DNA of 64,000 nucleotides from Candidatus Doudnabacteria bacterium (GTDB taxonomy: Bacteria; Patescibacteriota; Doudnabacteria; UBA920; VMFF01). Below are positions 45,143-54,234 of the stretch, piece by piece; within the stretch, counting starts at the first letter, position 1; each line of letters begins with the position of its first letter. The position numbers were made by a program, and so were the translations under genes. The notes under the pieces are model-generated. The model had not been told where the DNA came from and searched no databases. It saw nothing but the letters and a program-made list of their open reading frames with translations. The stretch lies in assembly GCA_028286905.1 (NCBI GenBank), contig JAQBQP010000002.1, positions 245,458-309,457 on the forward strand, in the 5' to 3' direction.

Positions 45143-46021
45143 ATGCAAAACAATGTTCAGCTGGCAAAATTTACTTCTTTTAGAATCGGCGGACCGGCGA
45201 AGTATTTTGTTGAAGCAAAAACCGATAATGATATTGTTGAAGCTTTAAGCTTTGCGAATGAAAACAAATTGAAATTTTTTGTTCTTGGTTCCGGCACGAA
45301 TATTTTAGTTCAAGATCAAGGATTTGATGGCGTTGTTATTAGAAATCAGTTAAAAGATTTAAAGCTGGAAGACGGTTTAGTCGTTGCTGACAGCGGGTTG
45401 CTATTAGTTTTAATAAATCAATTTGCTAATAAAAATGGCAGAGTCGGTTTTGAAAAACTAAGCACGGTGCCCGGAACTTTAGGCGGCGCGCTATATAATA
45501 ATGCCCATTGGCAAGATGATTTGCTGTCTTATTATGTTCAATGGGTTGAAGTAATAGATCCTGCTGATCCCGGGTTAAAAATTCAACGACTAACCAAAGA
45601 ACAATTAGATTTCGGTTACGACAGCTCATTGATTAAAAAGAAAAATCTGGTAGCATTAAGAGCAGCGTTATTATTGCCAGAGGGGGATGTTGAACAATCT
45701 AGGAAAACGATGCTCTCTTACATGAAAAGTCGTTCCGACAGTCAGCCTTATGGCACTGCAAACAGCGGCTGCATGTTTCAAAACATTCCACAGACTCTTG
45801 GGCCTGGAAATCATGGAACCTCAGCGGGTTACTTGATTGATCAGGCGGGCTTAAATGGGATGCGAGTTGGCGATGCGGTAATATCAGAAAAGCATGGAAA
45901 CTTTTTTATAAACGAAGGACATGCTAAAAGCGGAGACATCTTGAAGCTTGCTGAAATTGCTCGAGAAAAAGTGAAAGCTAAGTTTGGTGTTAATTTAGAA
46001 TTTGAAGTAAAAGTAATTTAG
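45143..46021 (+). CDS. murB: UDP-N-acetylenolpyruvoylglucosamine reductase
   Basis: TSFRIGGPA, GSGTNIL, PGTLGGA, SGCMFQN, KHGNFFIN, LEFEV. Confidence 0.95.
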   Translation: MQNNVQLAKFTSFRIGGPAKYFVEAKTDNDIVEALSFANENKLKFFVLGSGTNILVQDQGFDGVVIRNQLKDLKLEDGLVVADSGLLLVLINQFANKNGRVGFEKLSTVPGTLGGALYNNAHWQDDLLSYYVQWVEVIDPADPGLKIQRLTKEQLDFGYDSSLIKKKNLVALRAALLLPEGDVEQSRKTMLSYMKSRSDSQPYGTANSGCMFQNIPQTLGPGNHGTSAGYLIDQAGLNGMRVGDAVISEKHGNFFINEGHAKSGDILKLAEIAREKVKAKFGVNLEFEVKVI

Positions 46022-46036
46022 AAAGGTAAAAATAAA

Positions 46037-46375
46037 ATGGCAAATGTAAACCTAAAAGTAACGCATACGGTTTTAAGCGAATCAGTTCGAGAATATGCGC
46101 AAAAAAATATTGATAAGCTTCAAAAGTACTTGCGCCCAGAAAATAAAGTTCATTTGGAACTAGGAGCTGAGTCAAAAAATAGAGATGGTTTACGTTATCG
46201 AGCAGAAATTACAATTATGCCGAAGTCAGAAGTGTATGCTGATGCTTATGGTCATGATTTGTTTGAAGCGATTGACTTGCTAATGCCAAAAGTAAAAGAA
46301 CAGCTAATGAAAATGAAAGATAAGAGAGTTTCAGAAAGAAGAAGAGACGGCGCTAAGCGTACCGGAAAGATCTAA
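46037..46375 (+). CDS. hpf: Ribosome hibernation factor (short HPF/RaiA)
   Basis: LSESVREYA.K.I.KL.KY, AEITI, DLFEAID; located upstream of secA. Confidence 0.85.
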   Translation: MANVNLKVTHTVLSESVREYAQKNIDKLQKYLRPENKVHLELGAESKNRDGLRYRAEITIMPKSEVYADAYGHDLFEAIDLLMPKVKEQLMKMKDKRVSERRRDGAKRTGKI

Positions 46376-46397
46376 AATAGCTCGTATAAAAGACAGC

Positions 46398-46430
46398 GAC
46401 CGGCAAGAGAGAATTCTCTTGCCGGTCTTT
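46398..46430. terminator. Perfect 13-bp hairpin between convergent genes
   Basis: GACCGGCAAGAGA-GAAT-TCTCTTGCCGGTC-TTT. Confidence 0.7.
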
Positions 46431-46449
46431 GCGTAGTGTTCTGGATCGA

Positions 46450-46854
46450 TCAGGCGGTTTGCAACCGCAGATTGGGGTGTGCGCCATCCCGAGCGAGCTC
46501 GACATGCTTGATCAGCATCGCTATGTGCCCGAACGGTTTGGGCAGAACATGCTGGAAAAGCTTCAAGCTGAACGCCGCGACTTCGCCGCCGGTAACTCCG
46601 ATGGCATAGCCACGCCGGGTCGCCATCTTGTAGATGGTGGCAATTTCGTTGGCATTCATGTCGCCGAACGAGAAGTTGCTGACGATCAGGCAGTCGAACT
46701 CGTTGTGCTGGATTTGCTGCCTTGCCTCGGCGCCGTTCTGGACGATCGTGATGTTATCGCGCGGCAAACCCTCACCCCGCGCTAGGATTCGCGGATACAT
46801 GCTATTCATGCTTGGATCGCGCGAGATGATCAGGATGTTAATCGAATCAGACAC
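46450..46854 (-). CDS. GC-rich stand-alone atypical receiver (REC-like) domain protein
   Basis: INILII, NGAEA, FDCLIV, GVTG, KPF; AAGGAGG SD 8 nt before GTG. Confidence 0.7.
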   Translation of the reverse strand: MSDSINILIISRDPSMNSMYPRILARGEGLPRDNITIVQNGAEARQQIQHNEFDCLIVSNFSFGDMNANEIATIYKMATRRGYAIGVTGGEVAAFSLKLFQHVLPKPFGHIAMLIKHVELARDGAHPNLRLQTA

Positions 46855-46914
46855 TTGTACAGCCTCCTTAAGGCGTTGTTGAAGCCAACGGATCGCTGGT
46901 GTTCAAGAAACAAC

Positions 46915-46943
46915 ATATTAACACAGTTTATAGCATAAGTCAA
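46915..46943 (-). promoter_or_regulatory. Sigma70 promoter of the REC-like gene
   Basis: Minus strand TTGACT, 17 nt spacer, TAATAT with extended TG. Confidence 0.65.
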
Positions 46944-47059
46944 TGCAAAAGCTCTAAAAATAAGGCGGTTTTAGAGCGGTTTTAAACCTTGTTTTAACCC
47001 TAAAAAATGCCTATAATAAACCCACGGCATTTAATAAAAAAAGGATATAAACGACACAA

Positions 47060-49735
47060 ATGGCATTTCTAGAAAAGATTTTTGGCGGCAACAAACAGGT
47101 TGTTTCGAAGTTACAGAAAGTTGTCGATCAGATTAATGATTTAAAACCTAAATACGAAGCTTTAAGCGAGGAACAAATTAAAGAACAAGTTCAAGCTTGG
47201 AAGACTCTGTTAAAAGATAAAGATTATGATCAGCAAAAAAAGACTTTGGACGAACTTCTTCCAGAGGTTTTTGCGATAACCAGAGAAGCGGCAAAGCGCA
47301 GCATTGGCCAAAGCCACTATGATGTTCAGCTGATTGGTGGAATAACCTTGCATCGTGGACAGATCGCAGAAATGCGTACTGGTGAAGGAAAAACTTTAAC
47401 TGCAACTTTGCCTTTGGTTTTGAACGCCCTAACTGGACGTGGTACGAACTTGGTAACCGTTAACGATTACTTGGCTCGATGGCATGCTTCTTTAATGGGG
47501 CCGATTTATCACGCCTTGGGTTTAAGCGTGGCCAGTATTCAACATGAAAAATCTTTTTTGTATGATCCGAATTATCAACCAGAACAAGAAGAGATTGATC
47601 GCTTAGAAGGCGAAGTTCAGGGTTTTGTTTTGGATGTAAAGCATATGCGTTCAGTTACCAGAAAAGAAGCCTACGCCGCGGACATTACTTATGGGACTAA
47701 CAACGAGTATGGTTTTGATTATTTGCGCGACAACATGGTTGGCAATGTTAATCAAATGGTGCAGCGCGAACAGCATTTTGCAATTGTCGATGAAGTCGAC
47801 AGTATTTTAATTGATGAAGCCAGAACGCCTTTAATTATTTCAGCGCCGGATGCGGACCCAACCGATAAATATTATCAGTTTGCAGAGCTTGTTAAAAAGT
47901 TAGATAACGGTGCTGATTTTGTTGTTGATGAAAAGAAAAAAGCAGTTTCGCTTACAGAAGAAGGAATTGCAAAATTAGAAAAACTTTTGGGTGTTGAAAA
48001 TATTTATGAACAAGAAGGACTGTCGACCGTGCACCATATCGAGCAGGCTTTGCGTGCTCGCACTGTCTTGTTTGAAAGAGATACGCAGTACGTTGTTCGC
48101 GACGGCGAAATTATTATTGTCGATGAATTTACTGGCCGCTTAATGTTTGGCCGCAGATATTCTGATGGATTGCACCAAGCGATTGAAGCTAAAGAAGGCG
48201 TAAAGATCCAACAAGAAAGCAAAACTTTAGCAACAATTACATTCCAAAATTATTTCAGAATGTTTAAAAAACTTGCAGGCATGACCGGTACCGCAAACAC
48301 TGAAGCTGAAGAATTTTACTCCATTTATAAATTAGATGTAGTAGAGATCCCAACCCATAAGCCCCTAGTGCGTATTGATAAACCGGATGCGGTTTATAAA
48401 AATGAGTCCGGAAAATTTGCTGCGATTACTCGCGAAGTTCAAACTCGCCACAAAAAAGGTCAGCCAATGCTGATTGGTACAGTTTCAATTCAAAAAAATG
48501 AACTGCTTGCTGAGCACTTGCGTAAAGCCGGTTTGCAGTTTGAATTGTTGAATGCCAAAAACCATGAACGCGAAGCACATATTATTTCTCAGGCCGGCCG
48601 TTTCGGAGCTATCACTGTGGCGACAAATATTGCTGGTCGCGGGGTCGATATTTTGTTAGGCGGTAACCCGATTGATCCCGAAGAAGCCAGACAAGTGCGC
48701 GAAGCCGGCGGTTTGGCAGTAATTGGTACCGAAAGACATGAATCTCGCCGTATCGACAATCAGTTAAGAGGACGTTCTGGACGTCAAGGCGATCCGGGCT
48801 CTTCACAATTCTTTGTTTCAGTAGAAGACGATTTAATGCGTTTATTTGGTGGCGATCGTTTGCACAGCATGATGGAACGTTTGGGAATCCCTGATGATCA
48901 GCCAATTGAAAACGGATTAGTTTCTAAATCTATCGAATCTGCACAGAAGAAAATTGAAGGCTTGAACTTTGATACTCGTAAACATGTTTTGGAATATGAC
49001 GATATTATGAACAAGCAGCGCGAAATTATCTATAAGAAGCGCCGCGAATGGTTAGCAGAAGATGCAAATTTAAAAGAACAAATATTGGAACTGATTGATG
49101 AAGAAATTCGTCAGATTATTAGCGCACATTTTCAAACTGAAAATGAATTACAAACGCTCTTTGATTCCTTAAATATGATTTTTCCAGTTGGCAATACTGA
49201 GGCCGCAAAGATGCAAGAGATAAGTAATCAAGCTGGTAACGCAGAATTTGCTTTGATTGATTTTGCGATTGATCTGGTGCATCAGCGTTATGAAGAAAAA
49301 GAAAAAGCCATGCCAGAAACGGGGGTAATGCGTCAGATTGAAAAGGCGACTGCGTTACAAAGTTTAGACACGCTTTGGATGGAACATTTGGATACGATGG
49401 AACATCTTCGTGAATCTGTTGGTTTGCGGGGCTATGGTCAGCGCGATCCATTGGTAGAATACAAACGCGAATCTTTTGATTTGTTTAAACGGCTGTTAAT
49501 TGCAATTGATAAAAATATCGTCAACACAATTTTTCATATTGGAATTGTGCCGCAGCAAGTGGCGCCGATTGATTTGGTGGTTAATTCTGCACCGATCGCT
49601 CAGGCTTTGAATGAAGACGGTGGCGAAGTCGGACGCAATGATAAATGCCCTTGCGGATCTGGACGAAAGTGGAAGAAATGTGGAATGATCAATTCTCCCG
49701 AACATCAACAATTTATGGAGAAGAAAAATGCATAA
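47060..49735 (+). CDS. secA: Preprotein translocase ATPase SecA
   Basis: EMRTGEGKT, DEVDSILIDEARTPLIIS, RGRSGRQGDPG, SEC-C motif GRNDKCPCGSG. Confidence 0.98.
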   Translation: MAFLEKIFGGNKQVVSKLQKVVDQINDLKPKYEALSEEQIKEQVQAWKTLLKDKDYDQQKKTLDELLPEVFAITREAAKRSIGQSHYDVQLIGGITLHRGQIAEMRTGEGKTLTATLPLVLNALTGRGTNLVTVNDYLARWHASLMGPIYHALGLSVASIQHEKSFLYDPNYQPEQEEIDRLEGEVQGFVLDVKHMRSVTRKEAYAADITYGTNNEYGFDYLRDNMVGNVNQMVQREQHFAIVDEVDSILIDEARTPLIISAPDADPTDKYYQFAELVKKLDNGADFVVDEKKKAVSLTEEGIAKLEKLLGVENIYEQEGLSTVHHIEQALRARTVLFERDTQYVVRDGEIIIVDEFTGRLMFGRRYSDGLHQAIEAKEGVKIQQESKTLATITFQNYFRMFKKLAGMTGTANTEAEEFYSIYKLDVVEIPTHKPLVRIDKPDAVYKNESGKFAAITREVQTRHKKGQPMLIGTVSIQKNELLAEHLRKAGLQFELLNAKNHEREAHIISQAGRFGAITVATNIAGRGVDILLGGNPIDPEEARQVREAGGLAVIGTERHESRRIDNQLRGRSGRQGDPGSSQFFVSVEDDLMRLFGGDRLHSMMERLGIPDDQPIENGLVSKSIESAQKKIEGLNFDTRKHVLEYDDIMNKQREIIYKKRREWLAEDANLKEQILELIDEEIRQIISAHFQTENELQTLFDSLNMIFPVGNTEAAKMQEISNQAGNAEFALIDFAIDLVHQRYEEKEKAMPETGVMRQIEKATALQSLDTLWMEHLDTMEHLRESVGLRGYGQRDPLVEYKRESFDLFKRLLIAIDKNIVNTIFHIGIVPQQVAPIDLVVNSAPIAQALNEDGGEVGRNDKCPCGSGRKWKKCGMINSPEHQQFMEKKNA

Positions 49736-50201
49736 AGTATATTTTGCGGGAGCAATAACCGGAGATCGTTCGCGCGCCTCGATATTCAAAGATATTATTC
49801 AACATATTCAGAGTTTGGATAAAAAAGTACTCACCGAACATTTTCAACTTCAGAATCCGAATACTTTTTTGGCAGAATTTATTAATAAAAAATATGAAGA
49901 TCTTTTGCCAGAAGACATAGAAAAACAAGACACGGCTTGGATAAATGAAGCCACCCACTTGGTTGCGGAAGTTTCGACAGCTTCTACCGGAACTGGCAGA
50001 GAAATCGAGTATGCTCGTAGCAAACATCTTTACGGCCACCCGGAAGCAAAAATATTGTGTTTATACGAAGAGGGTTCTAGGGCTAGCGCAATGATTACGG
50101 GTATGACCCCAGAGCGATATCCGAGTGTAAGAGTAAGGGCATACAAAAATTTAGAACATTTGAAAGAAATTCTAAACGAATTTTTTAACCTGACGGTTTA
50201 G
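49728..50201 (+). CDS. DNPH1/Rcl-like 2'-deoxynucleoside 5'-phosphate N-hydrolase (NDT superfamily)
   Basis: YFAGAITG, VLTEH, QD..W...A...VAEV...STGTGRE, ILCLY, SAMITG. Confidence 0.85.
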   Translation: MHKVYFAGAITGDRSRASIFKDIIQHIQSLDKKVLTEHFQLQNPNTFLAEFINKKYEDLLPEDIEKQDTAWINEATHLVAEVSTASTGTGREIEYARSKHLYGHPEAKILCLYEEGSRASAMITGMTPERYPSVRVRAYKNLEHLKEILNEFFNLTV

Positions 50202-50227
50202 CAAATGCTGGAAGATTGAATTTAAAA

Positions 50228-50590
50228 ATGACTAATCATATTCTAAATTTTAGGGAAGTAGACAAGAAGACTTTCGAACTGATTCGGGATGGAGTTAAAA
50301 AGGTTGAAACTAGAGCTGGTTCAAAAGAGTATTTATTAATTCAAGCGGAAGACACTATAACATTTGTGTGCGGCAGTGAAAACGTAACGAAGAAAGTGAT
50401 TAAAGCTAATCGATTTAAAAGTTTTACGGAGCTATTTAATTGGTACAGACCCTGGGATATAAATCCTGACATCATGCGTGGTCCGACCAGTGAATCAGAA
50501 ATGATAGATGTTTATAGGTCATTTCCAGGGTATCCAGAAAGAATAATGGAATTTGGAATTCTAGCATTTAAATTAGAAAATATTAATTAG
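50228..50590 (+). CDS. ASCH (PUA-like) domain protein
   Basis: FELIRDGVKKVETR (GxKxxExR motif); DTITF; GILAF. Confidence 0.85.
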   Translation: MTNHILNFREVDKKTFELIRDGVKKVETRAGSKEYLLIQAEDTITFVCGSENVTKKVIKANRFKSFTELFNWYRPWDINPDIMRGPTSESEMIDVYRSFPGYPERIMEFGILAFKLENIN

Positions 50591-50601
50591 AAAGGAAAGA
50601 T

Positions 50602-50919
50602 ATGGCAAACGATTTTCAGAAAAAACAACCAACAAAAAACGAAAAAATGTTTTACGATATGGCAATGAGCTTGGAAATGATTGATCGCAGGCTTTGGACG
50701 ACGTCATCTTTTGTAAGCGCTTTAGCAATTCTTGCTAATGTCGAACCAGAAAAAGTTGCGCGCTTATTAACTACAGACATGAATAAGATCCAAGATTTTA
50801 GCAAAAAGATCAACGACGAAATCAATAAAATTGAAGCTGAAGAAAAAGAAAAGAACGGTTCAAGCGAACAAGTTCAAAGTTCTACTCAACCAGGACATGA
50901 AGGCCATAACCACGCCTAG
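50602..50919 (+). CDS. Hypothetical helical protein with a His-rich C-terminus
   Basis: 105-aa ORF with an SD-like AAGGA; ends GHEGHNHA. Confidence 0.65.
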   Translation: MANDFQKKQPTKNEKMFYDMAMSLEMIDRRLWTTSSFVSALAILANVEPEKVARLLTTDMNKIQDFSKKINDEINKIEAEEKEKNGSSEQVQSSTQPGHEGHNHA

Positions 50920-50938
50920 ATAGTTAAATACAAACAAA

Positions 50939-51415
50939 TTGAAATATAAAAGTAAAAATTATTGGTTGTTAAAATCAGAAGCGGAAATGTATTCGATTGA
51001 TGATTTTAAAAAAGACCAAGATACTGTTTGGACTGAAGTCCGTAATTACCAGGCACGCAATTTTCTGCGGGACAGTATCAGCGTCGGTGATTATTTTTTC
51101 TTTTATCATTCTAGCTCAGAACCTTCTGGCATTGCCGGGGTCGGCAAAATATTGAGAACCAAAATTGGTGATCCAACAGCGCTTGATAAAAAAAGTGAAT
51201 ATTTTGACCCGAAGGCTACTAAAGAGCACAATCCTTGGTCTACTGTTGAAGTGCAATTTGTAGAAAAATTTCCTGCTGTGATTACGCTTGCTGAGGTTAA
51301 GCAAAATAAAAAACTTTCAAAAATGGTTGTCGCTCAAAAAGGCAGCCGTCTTTCTGTGCAGCCTGTTAAAGCCGACCAGTTTGAAGAAATTATGAATATG
51401 GCTTATGGACATTAA
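50939..51415 (+). CDS. EVE domain protein
   Basis: YWLLKSE, WTEVRNYQARNF, FFYHS, YFDPKAT, RLSVQPV. Confidence 0.93.
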   Translation: MKYKSKNYWLLKSEAEMYSIDDFKKDQDTVWTEVRNYQARNFLRDSISVGDYFFFYHSSSEPSGIAGVGKILRTKIGDPTALDKKSEYFDPKATKEHNPWSTVEVQFVEKFPAVITLAEVKQNKKLSKMVVAQKGSRLSVQPVKADQFEEIMNMAYGH

Positions 51416-51989
51416 AAAAAAGCAAAAACTCTTAGAGGTTGTTGCTGAAGAAATAGAACAGTGTCCAATTTGTAAAAAGAACACAATTGGCAAAGCGGTG
51501 CCCGGAGAAGGGAATGCTGATGCCGATATTATGTTTATTGGCGAAGCTCCAGGTAAAAACGAAGCTGAAACCGGTCGGCCGTTCATTGGCCGAGCAGGCA
51601 AAATGCTTCGTGAAGGAATCGCTCAGATTGGATTGAGTGATCAAGATGTTTTTATCACTAGTCCAGTAAAAAGATTGCCGGTACATACCACTCCGACCCC
51701 AGAAGAAATTGCGCACGGCAAAACTCATTTAATTAAACAGTTTGATATTATCGATCCGAAAGTAATTGTTTTGCTGGGACGGGTTGCGGCTTTAGCGATG
51801 TTAGAGAAAAATATTTCGGTAATGAAAGAACATGGTAAATTCTTCCGTAAACCTGACGGCAGATTATACATGATTATGATGCATCCAGCGGCACCTTTAT
51901 ATTCTGGTAATTTGCGTGAAGTTTTTTTCAAAGATTTTAAAAAACTAAAAAAACTACTGGACTTAGATGCAAAAGCAATTAAGAAATAA
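51405..51989 (+). CDS. Uracil-DNA glycosylase, family 4-like, divergent
   Basis: CPIC, VPGEG, IGEAPG..E...GRPFIGRAG, LLGRVA, HPAA. Confidence 0.88.
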   Translation: MDIKKKQKLLEVVAEEIEQCPICKKNTIGKAVPGEGNADADIMFIGEAPGKNEAETGRPFIGRAGKMLREGIAQIGLSDQDVFITSPVKRLPVHTTPTPEEIAHGKTHLIKQFDIIDPKVIVLLGRVAALAMLEKNISVMKEHGKFFRKPDGRLYMIMMHPAAPLYSGNLREVFFKDFKKLKKLLDLDAKAIKK

Positions 51990-51993
51990 GAAA

Positions 51994-52722
51994 ATGATTT
52001 TCTGGTTAATAGTACTTTTAGTTTTAGGATACGCAACTTTTACATATTTACGTTTTGAATATATTTTAAAGCATGCCAATCTTGCAGATATTCAGCAAAA
52101 GGACCTGACATTCGGACAAGGGTCAGTGTTACGCTATATTGCTGCAGGCGATAGCACCGCGGTTGGCGAAGGTGCGAGTAAGGTAGAAAATAGCTATACT
52201 TACAAGCTCGCGCTTAACTTATCTGCTGAGCACACTGTTCAATACAAAAATATTGCCGTGATCGGTGCAAAGACCCAAGATGTTATTGATCATCAGCTTT
52301 CGGAAATTATTAAATATAACCCGGACGTTGTTACAGTTTCAATTAATGCTAATGACTTAACACATTTTGTAAGCGGTAACATTATTTTAAAAAATGATCA
52401 GCTTATTATTGATACAATCCTAAAAAATACCCATGCAAAAATTTATATAACTGACGTCCCAGGCCTACAAAATGCCAAGATCATACCATGGTGGTTTCGA
52501 CATTTGCTTGATTGGAAGGCGAACAGTTTAAATAAAAAAATTCTAACTTTTCAAGATAAATATGAAGGCAATAGGGTAAAAATAGTAGATATTCATAATT
52601 TTGGCTGGGATACTTACCATGATATTCAGAAGACTTTTGCTGCCGATCAATTTCACCCATCGGATTTGGGTTATCAAAACTGGACCAACGCTTTCCTTGA
52701 TAAAATGCTTAAAAAAGACTAA
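51994..52722 (+). CDS. Membrane-anchored SGNH/GDSL hydrolase
   Basis: GDST, GA, NAND, DQFHP; N-terminal TM. Confidence 0.88.
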   Translation: MIFWLIVLLVLGYATFTYLRFEYILKHANLADIQQKDLTFGQGSVLRYIAAGDSTAVGEGASKVENSYTYKLALNLSAEHTVQYKNIAVIGAKTQDVIDHQLSEIIKYNPDVVTVSINANDLTHFVSGNIILKNDQLIIDTILKNTHAKIYITDVPGLQNAKIIPWWFRHLLDWKANSLNKKILTFQDKYEGNRVKIVDIHNFGWDTYHDIQKTFAADQFHPSDLGYQNWTNAFLDKMLKKD

Positions 52723-52752
52723 AATATATTAGACTAAAATTAAACCTATCCA

Positions 52753-54234
52753 ATGAGAAAAAACCTCAGATTATACCTAACGTTCATATTCATTTTGTTG
52801 ATAGCAGCATTCTCGATCTATATCGACTTGCCACAGGGTAGCAAAATCAGTTTGCCGAAAATAGGTATTGCAAAACGTGAATTTAAACCACATTTAGGAT
52901 TAGACCTTCAAGGTGGAACTCATTTAGAGTATCAGGGTAACTTACAAGATATTCCTGCAGACAAGAGAAAAGACGCAATGGAATCCGTTCGCTCCGCGAT
53001 TGAACGCAGAGTATTTTTCTTTGGCGTTCAAGAGCCTTTAGTAGAGACATCTGGTAGCGATCGAATTATTGTTGAGTTGCCTGGTATTACAGATATTAAT
53101 CAAGCGGTAAGCGTAATCGGCCAAACGCCATTCCTTGAATTTAAAGAGCAAAATCCAAGTCCAACCGGACAGGTTGTCGATGGAAAAGTAGTTATTGATC
53201 CGAACAGTCAGTGGAAATCTACTGGCTTAACCGGAAAAGATTTGTCCTCGGCAACGGTTGAATTTTCTCAACAGGATAATACGCCGCAAATTAGTTTGCA
53301 GTTTAATAGTGAAGGTACAAAACTTTTTGGCGAGATTACTTCTAGAAACTTAGGCAAGCCCGTAGCTATTTTCTTAGATGGAGCGCCGCTTTCAACTCCA
53401 ACTGTGCAAAGTGCAATCACCGATGGTAAAGCAATCATTACAGGACAGTTTACCGTAGATGATGCGAAGCAATTAGTCTCCAGACTTAACTCCGGAGCTT
53501 TGCCGGTACCAATTAAACTTATTTCCCAACAGAACGTTGGTGCAAGTTTAGGTAAAGATTCAATCCAAAAGAGCGCCGTAGCAGGTATTATTGGTCTATT
53601 GTTGATCGTAATATTTATGATTATTTACTACCGATTGCCGGGCGTACTAGCAGTGCTGGCTTTGGTAGTTTATGCATTATTATCCTTCGCAATTTATAAA
53701 ATTGGTATTTCTGTAACCGCAGTATTTCTGGTTGGACTGTTCTTTGTGCTGGCGCTAACCTCCAGTTGGTGGTTTGGAGTAATCGCAGTCTTGTCTTACT
53801 TAGGCCTGATGCTTGCGGGTGGTTTGCATCCAGTGACTTTAACTTTAGCTGGTATCGCTGGTTTTATTCTTTCTATTGGTATGGCTGTTGATGCAAATAT
53901 TTTGATTTTCGAAAGAACTAAGGAAGAGTTAAGATTAGGCAAAGACGTGCCCCAAGCTTTAGAAGATGGATTCAATCGAGCTTGGCTTTCAATTCGCGAC
54001 TCAAACGCGTCGAGCTTAATTACTACTGCAATTCTATATATGTTCGGCACTCCAGCAATTAAAAGCTTTGCTGAAACTTTGGCAATTGGTATTATTATTT
54101 CTTTGTTTACTGCAATTACTGTAACTAAAACTTTCTTGAGAATGTTTATCGGACATAATATTTTAGCGCACCCATGGCTGTTCGGAGCTTCCAGAGAAAA
54201 GAAAACAGAATTAACTACCACAGAGGAACTCTAA
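52753..54234 (+). CDS. secD: Protein translocase subunit SecD
   Basis: LGLDLQGG, IIVELPG, SGALP, IGMAVDANILIFER. Confidence 0.96.
   Translation: MRKNLRLYLTFIFILLIAAFSIYIDLPQGSKISLPKIGIAKREFKPHLGLDLQGGTHLEYQGNLQDIPADKRKDAMESVRSAIERRVFFFGVQEPLVETSGSDRIIVELPGITDINQAVSVIGQTPFLEFKEQNPSPTGQVVDGKVVIDPNSQWKSTGLTGKDLSSATVEFSQQDNTPQISLQFNSEGTKLFGEITSRNLGKPVAIFLDGAPLSTPTVQSAITDGKAIITGQFTVDDAKQLVSRLNSGALPVPIKLISQQNVGASLGKDSIQKSAVAGIIGLLLIVIFMIIYYRLPGVLAVLALVVYALLSFAIYKIGISVTAVFLVGLFFVLALTSSWWFGVIAVLSYLGLMLAGGLHPVTLTLAGIAGFILSIGMAVDANILIFERTKEELRLGKDVPQALEDGFNRAWLSIRDSNASSLITTAILYMFGTPAIKSFAETLAIGIIISLFTAITVTKTFLRMFIGHNILAHPWLFGASREKKTELTTTEEL

Noticed and set aside
46429-46882. Plus-strand ORFs over the REC-like gene
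   Set aside because: Antisense shadows; the promoter, SD and domain motifs favour the minus strand.
46950-46996. GCTCTAAAA/TTTTAGAGC inverted repeat and GCGGTTTTA direct repeats (GTTTTAGAGC recalls a type II CRISPR repeat start)
   Set aside because: Single short match with no spacers or cas genes; at most an operator between divergent promoters.
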